Shown here: positions 8,044 through 16,646 of the stretch, piece after piece
Position numbering within the stretch: the first letter of the stretch is position 1
Layout: each line of letters begins with the position of its first letter
DNA from: an uncultured archaeon
GTDB lineage: Archaea > Asgardarchaeota > Thorarchaeia > Thorarchaeales > Thorarchaeaceae
Reading direction: 5' to 3'
Assembly (NCBI GenBank): GCA_964354495.1
Contig: CAYHAA010000001.1
Coordinates: forward strand, 364,827-396,826
DNA length: 32,000 nucleotides
Position numbers and translations under genes: made by a program
Notes under the pieces: generated by a model
What the model saw: the letters and a program-made list of their open reading frames with translations, nothing else
What the model was told of the DNA's origin: nothing
Database searches by the model: none

Positions 8044-8763
8044 TTAGACAGATAGATTCAGATTGAGACCTCTCAAAAGAAGCTCGAGGGCGACGTCAAT
8101 CTCAGATTGGAATACAGATATGTCATCTACTTGGAGTACCAGCTCTTGGTCACTCGACTCCTCCAAGAACAAAACGACCGGATCAAGACCTGCGACAGTA
8201 CCTGCGCTAATCAGTGGTGCTGTGATTCCGTCATAGAAATCAGCTCGCCCGAGAGGAACATCCATTCTCTTCAGCAACCGGTTTCCCTTAGAAGAGAGCA
8301 CCTGTCCGCATGTGGGCCCATCATGAGTCATCATCGAAACGACAAACCGTGTTGGAACATTTCCTCTAAGGTAGAAGAGCACATCCGTCATCCAATCGTA
8401 CTCCTTGAACATGACATCTCCAAAAACAATCATCAAGTCATCAGCTGCCATTGCATGGACGGGTACGACCGGAGCCTTGACATCCACGGGGTATCGATTC
8501 CAAGGAGAGAACGCTGGGGAATTGAAGATCAAGAGAGTTTCAAAGTCATTCTTCTCGTACAGCTGCCTACACAATGCTTGTCCCATCGGATTAAGACCCA
8601 GGATGACAGAGTACGTTTCAGTTATCTTCTGCTTCTTGTATACCTCAAGGACTGGTGAAATCCATTCCTGTTCAAACGTTGGCATAGCGCTTGCACCATA
8701 TCCTTGAATGACGAGCCCTTTAATGACTGTTCGTGTTACAGACTCGCTTCTCTCGTAGCACAC
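8044..8763 (-). CDS. Hypothetical protein, possibly a divergent PAC2/PbaA proteasome-assembly-chaperone-like fold; start may be the ATG at 8685
   Basis: Motif order GLNPMGQALCRQL / IFNSPAFSP / PVHAM..DDLMIVFGD / FYDGITAPLI / VVLFLE / ALELL..LNLNLSV parallels the PAC2 family. Matched by eye only. Confidence 0.45.
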   Translation of the reverse strand: MCYERSESVTRTVIKGLVIQGYGASAMPTFEQEWISPVLEVYKKQKITETYSVILGLNPMGQALCRQLYEKNDFETLLIFNSPAFSPWNRYPVDVKAPVVPVHAMAADDLMIVFGDVMFKEYDWMTDVLFYLRGNVPTRFVVSMMTHDGPTCGQVLSSKGNRLLKRMDVPLGRADFYDGITAPLISAGTVAGLDPVVLFLEESSDQELVLQVDDISVFQSEIDVALELLLRGLNLNLSV

Positions 8764-8975
8764 TCTGGAATCGCTAAGAGGTTGATGACAAGGTGCATCA
8801 GATCAAGGGAACATTCACGCAGGTGCAAATGGCATCTATGCCATGGGAACAGACACTGCTGGTTTCTCTGAAGTAGCTGATACATCATTTGATGAGGCAC
8901 AGTAAGCTAAGACGATGACTCCGTGCAGAACTCGGCCAAAGTCCGATGCCTTCTATTCTTCAGAGAAAACGAAGT

Positions 8976-9581
8976 TCAACTCCGTATGATTTCAAGTAGC
9001 TCTGCCAGTCTTCGTTTTATGTCAGATTCTACAGTGCGCAACTCCGCAAGCTGCCGAATCTGGTCAATTCTTCCCCTTCTGTATTCTGCCTCAGAGACCT
9101 TTCTGTTTCTTCTCTCGCGTTCCATTCTATCCGATTCTGCGTTTATCTCATTTCTTCTAGCTTCAGTCAACTCAAAACCTTGTTTCAGGCTCATCCATTC
9201 AATCATCGCATGGCTCCTTTCTTCTTCCATTCTCTCCCGGCGCTGCCTTTCAATCTCCATCTGTTTGAGTTGGTTGTTTGCAGCTCTGATCTCCTTCTGA
9301 ATCTCGTAGAGTCGAGCTTCTACTTCTCTCTTCACCTGAATCATCTGAGTAGACATCGCCCACTTCTCGCGGTACTGCACGATATGTTCTGATTCCGTTA
9401 TCCTTCCTGCCTTGAGCTTCATGTCCAACTCGCTCAGTTCTCTCTGAACATTGGTGAGTTGTTGCTGCAGCTCGTCGTAGGATTTCTTGAGGGAAACCCA
9501 TTCGACACTGTACTGGCTCAAGACCTCTTTTGGATTCATGAAAACTGAATCTTCAAGTGATGCGCCTTCACGATGACTCAT
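8976..9581 (-). CDS. Coiled-coil protein with two internal repeats, possibly CdvA coiled-coil-like; start may be the ATG at 9539
   Basis: EW.SLK, (G/K)(I/V).E.E(H/Y) and RL.E(I/L) recur at an exact 101-aa offset. Highly charged heptad pattern. Confidence 0.6.
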   Translation of the reverse strand: MSHREGASLEDSVFMNPKEVLSQYSVEWVSLKKSYDELQQQLTNVQRELSELDMKLKAGRITESEHIVQYREKWAMSTQMIQVKREVEARLYEIQKEIRAANNQLKQMEIERQRRERMEEERSHAMIEWMSLKQGFELTEARRNEINAESDRMERERRNRKVSEAEYRRGRIDQIRQLAELRTVESDIKRRLAELLEIIRS

Positions 9582-9732
9582 GTTGGAACTGACTCCATTC
9601 CTTCGTTAGCGTTCCATGAGCAAGTACTCATTTAAGGCATTTCCTTGAACCTCTTTCTACAGGTTTTTTCCTAAGAATGGGAGTGCCGTCAACCCGTCAT
9701 CTTAAGAGGCGGCGCTGTCCATTGAATCTACT

Positions 9733-10812
9733 GTGAGCGGAATGAAGATTGAGATGGATCTTGCCCCCTCCGAAGAGCTGAAAGAAAAACCATCTGATGT
9801 TCTAAAAGTGCCTTTTGGAACCGTGTTTACGGACCATATGTTTTCCATGCGATTCTCAGCGAGGAAGTGGCATGATGCTCGAATCCATCGTTACGCTCCA
9901 CTATCACTTAGCCCAGCAGCACTCTGTCTGCACTATGGGCAGGGCGTTTTCGAAGGCATGAAAGCACACAGACGTGGGCAACGCATACTCCTCTTTCGTC
10001 CAGAGAAGAACTTCGCGCGACTGAATCAGTCTGCGATTCGAATGGTGATGCCAGAGGTGAATGTTGATTTCGCCCTCGAAGCACTCAACGAGCTGCTACA
10101 CGTTGAACGTTGTTGGATACCTGAGGTTGCAGGAAGCTCTCTCTATATTCGCCCAACAATGATAGGCACTCAGGAGAAGCTTGGTGTGAAACCCTCTGAT
10201 GAGTACCTCTTCTATATCATATTGAGTCCGGTCGGGCCGTACTTCAAAGAAGGATTCAGTCCGGTCCACATCTATCTGAGCACTGATTATGTGCGTGCTG
10301 CTCGTGGCGGGACTGGTGCCGCCAAGACCATGGCCAACTATGCTGCTAGTCTGCTAGCGGGAACAAAGGCTGCGGAACTAGGTTATTCTCAGGTCCTATG
10401 GCTGGATGCGCTAGAGCGGAAGTACCTCGAGGAAGTAGGCACGATGAACATCTTTGTCAAATTCGATGACGAACTTGTCACCCCTCCTCTAACGGGCTCG
10501 ATTCTTGCAGGAATAACTCGTGATTCCGTTCTAACCCTCACAAAGGATATGGGGCTGAAAGTCAGTGAGCGTCAGATTTCTATCGACGAGGTGATAGATG
10601 GAATCACCTCAGGAAAAGTGATCGAGATGTTTGGTTGTGGCACAGCAGCAATCATAGCTCCGGTCGGATCTCTCTGGTACAAGGGTAGATCGTACACAAT
10701 AGCTGATGGCAAGACTGGAAGGTTGACGCGCGACCTCTTTGATGAGCTGACTGGAATCCAGTCTGGGGAACGAGAGGACCCCTATGGCTGGGTCGTTGAA
10801 CTAGAACAGTAG
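9733..10812 (+). CDS. ilvE: Branched-chain amino acid aminotransferase (PLP fold type IV)
   Basis: FGTVFTDHM, LHYGQGVFEGMKA, LYIRP, AKTMANYAASL (PLP-binding Lys), EEVGTMNIF, ILAGITRDS and FGCGTAA. Confidence 0.93.
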   Translation: MSGMKIEMDLAPSEELKEKPSDVLKVPFGTVFTDHMFSMRFSARKWHDARIHRYAPLSLSPAALCLHYGQGVFEGMKAHRRGQRILLFRPEKNFARLNQSAIRMVMPEVNVDFALEALNELLHVERCWIPEVAGSSLYIRPTMIGTQEKLGVKPSDEYLFYIILSPVGPYFKEGFSPVHIYLSTDYVRAARGGTGAAKTMANYAASLLAGTKAAELGYSQVLWLDALERKYLEEVGTMNIFVKFDDELVTPPLTGSILAGITRDSVLTLTKDMGLKVSERQISIDEVIDGITSGKVIEMFGCGTAAIIAPVGSLWYKGRSYTIADGKTGRLTRDLFDELTGIQSGEREDPYGWVVELEQ

Positions 10813-10822
10813 TTGTCTACAT

Positions 10823-11176
10823 CTATAGTTTTTCTCGCTCAGCATCTGAAACGTCTGGCTCTTCTGAATCAAGTTTGTCCCAGTCTGGAGGAGGCTCCAA
10901 TGAAGTATCCACATCGTCCGTGGGTATTTCGTTCTGCTCTACGATTTCGGGGGACTGTTCCACTTCTTCCTCTTCGCCCACTTCCTCCTCGGGCTCGGCC
11001 AGCCTGAACTCTTTGACGAGTTTGCCTTCTTCGATTCTCTCGAGGAGCAATCGAAACAGTTTCTCCACAACCAGACTACGCCCTTTGGCTTCGAACTCGA
11101 TATTTCCTATTCCAAATTCGACTTCAGCGTAGTCCGATTTCTTGCCTTTCTTGTCCTTTGAATCGTCCTCCGACAT
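10823..11176 (-). CDS. Hypothetical protein with acidic low-complexity C-terminus
   Basis: 117-aa ORF filling the gap between ilvE and the ferredoxin gene. A small beta/alpha N-domain is followed by an E/D/P-rich tail. Confidence 0.6.
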   Translation of the reverse strand: MSEDDSKDKKGKKSDYAEVEFGIGNIEFEAKGRSLVVEKLFRLLLERIEEGKLVKEFRLAEPEEEVGEEEEVEQSPEIVEQNEIPTDDVDTSLEPPPDWDKLDSEEPDVSDAEREKL

Positions 11177-11292
11177 CTTTTCGACCCGAAATGCGTTATA
11201 CCTTCAGCCTTAATAAATCGTGTAGGCATACTCGGAATATTGGACTTGCCGAAGCATTTTAGAGAGATTGACGTTCATCACCTGCTCTCGAG

Positions 11293-11808
11293 GTGGTTCA
11301 TCTGCCATCGCAACTGGTCGTTGATATGAATCGATGCACTGGGTGCCGTCTATGTGAGCTTGCTTGCTCTGCGAAGCATGAGGGCAAATTCCAGCCTGGT
11401 CTTGCTCGACTGAAGATTGTGCGTTATGACGATTTGGGTCTAGATATTCCTAATGTCTGTGGTCCCTGTGAGACTGCGCCTTGCGTCGACATCTGTCCAG
11501 TGTATGCGATGCGGCGAGACCCTATCACCAAGATGACCTTTCTTGACGAAGACAAATGTATTCTCTGTAAGTCCTGTGTCGGTGCTTGTGTGAATGGGGT
11601 TATCCTGCTTGATACTGTCAGAATGAGAATCATCAAGTGCAACCACTGTGATGGCGTGCCTGAGTGTGCGAGAATCTGTCCAACTGGTGCTATAACCTAC
11701 AGCACTGCGACATCTCTAGCTCCTGCTGATCGCCATGGGAAGATCGTGAGGTACTTGAAAGAGATTGATCGCGTGAGTGCGACCCAAGAAACGCGTGGAG
11801 CTGATTGA
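11293..11808 (+). CDS. 4Fe-4S dicluster (DmsB-like) electron-transfer subunit of the aldehyde oxidoreductase
   Basis: Four Cys clusters: CTGCRLCELAC, CGPCETAPCVDICP, CILCKSCVGAC and CNHCDGVPECARICP. Overlaps the start of the AOR gene. Confidence 0.9.
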   Translation: MVHLPSQLVVDMNRCTGCRLCELACSAKHEGKFQPGLARLKIVRYDDLGLDIPNVCGPCETAPCVDICPVYAMRRDPITKMTFLDEDKCILCKSCVGACVNGVILLDTVRMRIIKCNHCDGVPECARICPTGAITYSTATSLAPADRHGKIVRYLKEIDRVSATQETRGAD

Positions 11809-13700
11809 CAATGGCAAGCGGCCATATGGGTAAGATACTGCGTGTCAATCTGACAGAAGGAGAGTTCACCACAGATCCCTTACCCAAGCGCTGGAAGAAG
11901 GAGTTCATCGGAGGAGATGGTTTCGGGGCGAAGATACTCTTCGAAGAAGTGCCCGCACGAATCGATCCGTTGAGTGAGAAGAACAAGTTGATTATCGCTA
12001 CAGGCCCCATCACAGGGACTCTGTGGCCGATGAGCGGTAGAACTGTATTCATCTCGAAGGCACCACTGACGGGAATCTGGGGTGAAAGTCATGTGGGAGG
12101 ATTCCTAGGTCCTGAGCTTAAGTATGCGGGCTATGATGTGCTTGTCATAGAGGGGATGTCTGAGAAACCTGTCTACATCAGTATTGAGGACTCAGACCTG
12201 CAAATCAGGAATGCACAACAGCTCTGGGGACTGACGACCGACACACTTACCAGTGCTATCAAAAAGGCGCACCATGATCCTGACATTCAAGTTGCAGCAA
12301 TAGGTCCTGCAGGGGAGCGACTTGTCCGATATGCCTCAGTGCTAGTCAATCATGCACGAGCTGCGGGCAGAACAGGCATGGGCGCTGTCCTCGGTAGCAA
12401 GAAGGTCAAGGCGATCGCAATCAGGGGGCATGGCGCTGTTGAGGTACACGACCATGAAGCCTTTGTGGACCTAGCCAAAGAAGCTCACTCCAGAGTACGC
12501 AGCAATCCTCAGGCTAAAGAAATGGGTAAGTATGGAACTTGGATACTGACTGCGGTGAAACAAGAGATTGGTGAGTTGCCAACCTATAACCATCAGACTG
12601 GAGTCTTTGATGGCTGGGAGAAGTTGAGCGGTGACTACATACGCCCAAAGTACACAGTCAGAGACAGAGCCTGCTTCGGCTGCAGTCTTGGCTGCAAGAA
12701 GCTCAACTATATCCGCGACGGCCCTTTTGCAGGTACTCTCGAGGAGGGTCCTGAATATGAGGGACTCATGGCATTTGGAAGTTCTCTGGGCATTGATGAC
12801 TACGCCACAGCCCTGAAAGCTAATCAGATTTGCAATAGATATGGACTGGACATAATCTCTGCAGGCGCTACAATAGGCTTCGCGATAGAGTCCTTTGTCA
12901 AGGGTGCAATCACAGAAAAAGACACAGGTGGTCTTAGGCTTCAATGGGGTGACAGGGAACAGATAATCAAACTGCTTCAGATGATTGCCAACAGAGATGG
13001 CTTTGGAGACCTCCTTGCGGAAGGAAGTAAGAGGGCTGCAGAAACCATCGGTCGTGGTACGAGCAAGTATGCTATTCATGTCAAAGGTATGGAAGTGTCC
13101 GGGCAAGACGGGCGTACCCATAGGAGTATCGCCCTAGGACATGCAACAGGTGCCCGTGGTGCCGATCATCTAAGAAGTCTGGTTGTGGTTGATCAATTGG
13201 GCTACAAAGACGTAGCAGCAAGAAGATGGGGCGCCGATAAGCTTCCAGAGATCATCGATCCCTACAATGAGAAGTACAAAGCCAATGCTGTATTCGAATC
13301 TGAGAATGCTTATTGCATTCGTGACGCCTTGATTGTATGCTGGTACTCAGTTTCATGGCCTCCAATTTTCTGGATGGAGGACTTTGCTAAGATGCTGCCT
13401 TTGGCTACTGGTGAGCAGTACTTTGGTCAAGTGAAAAACCTGACAACGATTGCGGAACGTCAAGTCACCCTTAAGCGCCTGTTCAATGCCAGAGAAGGAA
13501 TCACAAGAAAGGATGACCAACTCCCGGATAGGTTCACAAAGGAACCTATGCCAGAAGGGCCTGGGAAGGGACAAACAGTCAATCTTGAACCGATGCTCAA
13601 TGACTACTACACTCTCAGAGGATGGGATGTTGAAACAGGTCTACCAACGGATGAGACGATAGAACGACTATCACTGGAGTGGACGAGAGCCCACTCCTAG
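11805..13700 (+). CDS. aor: Tungsten aldehyde:ferredoxin oxidoreductase family protein (start TTG 11805 or ATG 11811)
   Basis: GKILRVNLT, KAPLTG..GESHVGG, AAGRTGMGAVLGSKKVKAI, CFGCSLGC, CNRYGLDIISAG, HVKGME..G.D.R and YY..RGWD..TG.PT. Confidence 0.92.
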   Translation: MTMASGHMGKILRVNLTEGEFTTDPLPKRWKKEFIGGDGFGAKILFEEVPARIDPLSEKNKLIIATGPITGTLWPMSGRTVFISKAPLTGIWGESHVGGFLGPELKYAGYDVLVIEGMSEKPVYISIEDSDLQIRNAQQLWGLTTDTLTSAIKKAHHDPDIQVAAIGPAGERLVRYASVLVNHARAAGRTGMGAVLGSKKVKAIAIRGHGAVEVHDHEAFVDLAKEAHSRVRSNPQAKEMGKYGTWILTAVKQEIGELPTYNHQTGVFDGWEKLSGDYIRPKYTVRDRACFGCSLGCKKLNYIRDGPFAGTLEEGPEYEGLMAFGSSLGIDDYATALKANQICNRYGLDIISAGATIGFAIESFVKGAITEKDTGGLRLQWGDREQIIKLLQMIANRDGFGDLLAEGSKRAAETIGRGTSKYAIHVKGMEVSGQDGRTHRSIALGHATGARGADHLRSLVVVDQLGYKDVAARRWGADKLPEIIDPYNEKYKANAVFESENAYCIRDALIVCWYSVSWPPIFWMEDFAKMLPLATGEQYFGQVKNLTTIAERQVTLKRLFNAREGITRKDDQLPDRFTKEPMPEGPGKGQTVNLEPMLNDYYTLRGWDVETGLPTDETIERLSLEWTRAHS

Positions 13701-13713
13701 TTGGTCGCGATGG

Positions 13714-14673
13714 TCACATTCTGATGTAATCCACTCTATGTGTTGCTCCACAGGATGGACATGCGTATTGATCTGGTCCGGTCCAACTAATCTTTTCCCA
13801 AGACATCGGAGCGTTGCAGTTCGTACAGTTGTCTTTGATTACGGGCCTAACAAAGACTGTACCAGCTCCTGCACTACTCGAGCTCGCTTCCATTTCCTGA
13901 GTCGTTTCAGTCGCTGTATAAGTCGGCCTGACACTGGCGGAGTCACTTGTTTCATACTGACTGAGTGGATGATGGGGCACTATGTAGCTGAAGGGTCTAA
14001 TCAACCAGTCAAGCCACTCTGCTGGAGTGCCGCTCCATGCACGAGTCTGCCAGACTCTTACCATATGGTCTTGTCTTGGCACACGCCCTCTTAATTCGAA
14101 CTTGCCATTTGTGGCCTTTATCTTGATCTTGTCTCCTCTCGACTCAAAGGTTTCAACCATGTGGAGTGGGAAGATGAACAACTTCTTGGTCTTTGCATCA
14201 CTCTGATAGAGCCTGTAAGTCGTGAGAATGAAGCCGCCTGGATAGTATGTGAATACCTCTTCACCCTTCAGCCAAGCAAAGGTCTGGTAGAAATGCATCG
14301 AGAATGGCTCATGATATCCAACGGATATCCACCGATTGTACGGATGATCGGGATGCACGAAGGGCACACCACTTACTTCGCATAGCTTCCTCTGACCTCC
14401 CACATTGAGCCGTTCAAACTCCCTTAGACCAAGGGCAGCCCGCATTTCCTCTTTCTTTGGCAGAGCTCCAACAAGGTTCACAATTCCATTGGTTACCTTG
14501 AACATGGCTGAGTTTGGAGTGAGCTTGTACTCTTTGATAATATGAAGAGGAAGAGTGACGCATGTCTTTGATCCACGACAGAACTGGATTAGTCTATAGT
14601 TCGTTACGATATACTCCTGATGTTGAGCAAGAACTCGTTCATTCTCAATTGGGATGTAGGTCACAAGTGACAT
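13714..14673 (-). CDS. Hypothetical protein with two tandem PH-like repeats and a C-terminal Zn-ribbon
   Basis: T(N/T)YRL, PLH and TNG recur at a 127-aa offset. C-terminal CTNC...CPSC. Confidence 0.6.
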   Translation of the reverse strand: MSLVTYIPIENERVLAQHQEYIVTNYRLIQFCRGSKTCVTLPLHIIKEYKLTPNSAMFKVTNGIVNLVGALPKKEEMRAALGLREFERLNVGGQRKLCEVSGVPFVHPDHPYNRWISVGYHEPFSMHFYQTFAWLKGEEVFTYYPGGFILTTYRLYQSDAKTKKLFIFPLHMVETFESRGDKIKIKATNGKFELRGRVPRQDHMVRVWQTRAWSGTPAEWLDWLIRPFSYIVPHHPLSQYETSDSASVRPTYTATETTQEMEASSSSAGAGTVFVRPVIKDNCTNCNAPMSWEKISWTGPDQYACPSCGATHRVDYIRM

Positions 14674-14766
14674 TGTAGATTACACCTACTACATTGAACT
14701 GACTATGAAGGCAACTCATCAGAATTAAAACCTTGGCTGTACGTGGCTAGAATGTTCAAGGATAGT

Positions 14767-14988
14767 CTATTGCTGTAACTCCCTAGGTATCGATATGTAC
14801 AAGACGTCTTCGAAGCCTAGAATTCCATGCCCGCTTGGGTTTACAAGTCTGACGTAGTCATCATGTACATCCTCGACTCTTACATTTGGGATTTTTGCCA
14901 GTGTATCCTTCTGCATATATCTCAGATAGACAGTGAAAGTCTGTCCAGTCGTCTTCAGATCCTGGAAAATGTTGCGCCAATCAGGCAA
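14767..14988 (-). CDS. Small protein, 73 aa, possible Sm/Hfq-like beta-barrel
   Basis: TTG start with GGAGG upstream. An N-terminal helix is followed by a beta pattern (FTVYL...VRVEDVHDDYVRL...ILGFEDVLYISIP). Confidence 0.55.
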   Translation of the reverse strand: MPDWRNIFQDLKTTGQTFTVYLRYMQKDTLAKIPNVRVEDVHDDYVRLVNPSGHGILGFEDVLYISIPRELQQ

Positions 14989-15044
14989 GCTTGGATTTCC
15001 TCCTAATCTGGAATAACATAGTCTTTGACATTTAATACTTGCTG

Positions 15045-15518
15045 CTAAAGACGCCGCAGTGGAATTGTGCCATCGTATGTGATTCTAGGTTCGAATCCAA
15101 GGTCCCCTAGTACCTTCATCAGCGCTTCTTGAGGCTTCTCCATACTCAAGCAGCGAAAAACATGGGAGATGCAGCGGTGTGTGCAGTCCGTTGAGCCAAA
15201 GCCCTTTGGGCCTGGAATGCACTCCTTGTCCTTTTCGAGAGCCTCTGCAATCTTGCACTCTGCCGGACTTGAGCTTTCAACGATGATGGCAGCCTGCAAA
15301 GATGCTTTTTCAGATAGTAGGTAATCGATGTGCCAGTGGATGTTCTTTCGCGATTGAAAGTGTCTTCTCACTCTCTTCTCGAGGCTTGTTGATCCGTTAC
15401 CCATTGCTGAACCCACGTAGAGCCATGTCCCCTTTGCGAATACATGAGTTCCTAGTGATCCTATAGTGATTGACGAATCAAGCGGGAGTCGTAGTATCAG
15501 AACATATGCTCCCTTCAT
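15045..15518 (-). CDS. GIY-YIG (Uri superfamily, DUF123-type) endonuclease
   Basis: KGAYVL...LYVGSA...L..RV.RH...K..HWHIDYL, EC, GFGSTDC...C.SH. Start moved to the ATG at 15518, which overlaps the upstream stop (ATGA). Confidence 0.85.
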   Translation of the reverse strand: MKGAYVLILRLPLDSSITIGSLGTHVFAKGTWLYVGSAMGNGSTSLEKRVRRHFQSRKNIHWHIDYLLSEKASLQAAIIVESSSPAECKIAEALEKDKECIPGPKGFGSTDCTHRCISHVFRCLSMEKPQEALMKVLGDLGFEPRITYDGTIPLRRL

Positions 15519-16561
15519 TCTTCCTCGCCACTCCCCACATCTGGACTGCGCTTGACAATGCTCTTGATATACTCCAGCGCTTGACCGTCCGTCAGAATCC
15601 CTGCCTGCAATTCTCTGAGAACCCTGTTGATTGACGGACCAACATTCTTCCATCCTTTCACATGAGTGTCAGCAACAAGGCGACATCCAAACAGCTTCCG
15701 AGAGATACTTCTTCCGTAGACCTTCGAAATATGTTCTGTTCTGTGCTTTGTCAGTGACAGTGCTGCAGGAAGATGAATGGTCAATATTTCGCCATTCTCA
15801 ATGATGGCCTGCCTTCCTCCGGGTAGCAGTTCTCCCGTGACGAGGACTGAGTGATTGTTTTCTGTTGCGTATCTTTGAAGGCTCGCAAGAATCAAAGCAT
15901 GACATTCTCCGCAGGGGTGAATCTTACCTTCTCTTGCTCGTCGAACCACTTCCGAAGTGCGTTCGTCTTGGGGAATGCGTGTGAGCTTGACCTCTAGATG
16001 AGAACACCATTCAACCATCTCAGCCATCTCGTTTTGGTCGAGGAATACATGCCGAAGATCAACAACAATGGCCTCCGGCTCAAAACCACATTCTTTGAGA
16101 ATGACGAGTGCTGCACTACTGTCGATTCCGCCCGAGAATGCCACTGCCACCCTCGCTCCACGACCTATCGACTTGTCGAAGGCAATGTTCTCCTCTGGGA
16201 ACTTGAGTTCTTGAGCAATCAGCTTCTGGAGTCCCTGCAAAACAGACCAGTGTGTTTCTGCACTAGTTGAAGATGTCAGCTCATTGATATGACTGAGAGT
16301 CAATTGGAGTCTGTGCTTCCTTAGAAGAAGATCATCTTCTCCATAGATTGTGACAGGTTGCATCACACGTTTGGCTAGCTCGGCTGACACCCTTCCTCCA
16401 GGACCGAGCAGAAGACTCTTTTCTGACCTATCTGACGTGACAATATGGAGACTGCCATCAGGATGAGCAAACACCTGCCTGATTATTGGACTCACTCCGC
16501 GGTCCAATCCAAGCTCATTTCTGATGTCTTGAACGAGGGACGAAATCAGTTCTGGTTTCAT
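15515..16561 (-). CDS. KH-domain plus PP-loop ATPase (COG1365-like; possible RNA-modifying sulfur insertase)
   Basis: KH-type GPGG loop (LLLGPGGRV), PP-loop VAFSGGIDSS, HPCGECH and FGCRL. The ATG at 16561 is preferred over 16597 because the latter overlaps the divergent gene's longer start. Confidence 0.78.
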   Translation of the reverse strand: MKPELISSLVQDIRNELGLDRGVSPIIRQVFAHPDGSLHIVTSDRSEKSLLLGPGGRVSAELAKRVMQPVTIYGEDDLLLRKHRLQLTLSHINELTSSTSAETHWSVLQGLQKLIAQELKFPEENIAFDKSIGRGARVAVAFSGGIDSSAALVILKECGFEPEAIVVDLRHVFLDQNEMAEMVEWCSHLEVKLTRIPQDERTSEVVRRAREGKIHPCGECHALILASLQRYATENNHSVLVTGELLPGGRQAIIENGEILTIHLPAALSLTKHRTEHISKVYGRSISRKLFGCRLVADTHVKGWKNVGPSINRVLRELQAGILTDGQALEYIKSIVKRSPDVGSGEEE

Positions 16562-16646
16562 TGATTCACTCTTTGATATGTCCCTCATAAGTATCACCCA
16601 TTGTCGATATGGTCATAAGGGCAAGAATGTTCAGTCATGTGGGACT

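Noticed and set aside
8830-8894. Two short palindromes (TGGCATctATGCCA at 8830-8843; CATCAttTGATG at 8883-8894) in an intergenic region
   Set aside because: They are short, unlike each other and not repeated elsewhere in the window as far as I could see. They could arise by chance.
15088-15098. GGTTCGAATCC, a perfect tRNA T-arm-like motif
   Set aside because: It lies inside the GIY-YIG CDS (encodes GFEP on the minus strand), and no acceptor, D or anticodon stems can be built around it.
15045-15518. GIY-YIG nuclease as a homing endonuclease or mobile element
   Set aside because: It is the stand-alone DUF123-type cellular family, coupled to a housekeeping-like gene, with no intron, intein, terminal repeats or evident compositional shift.
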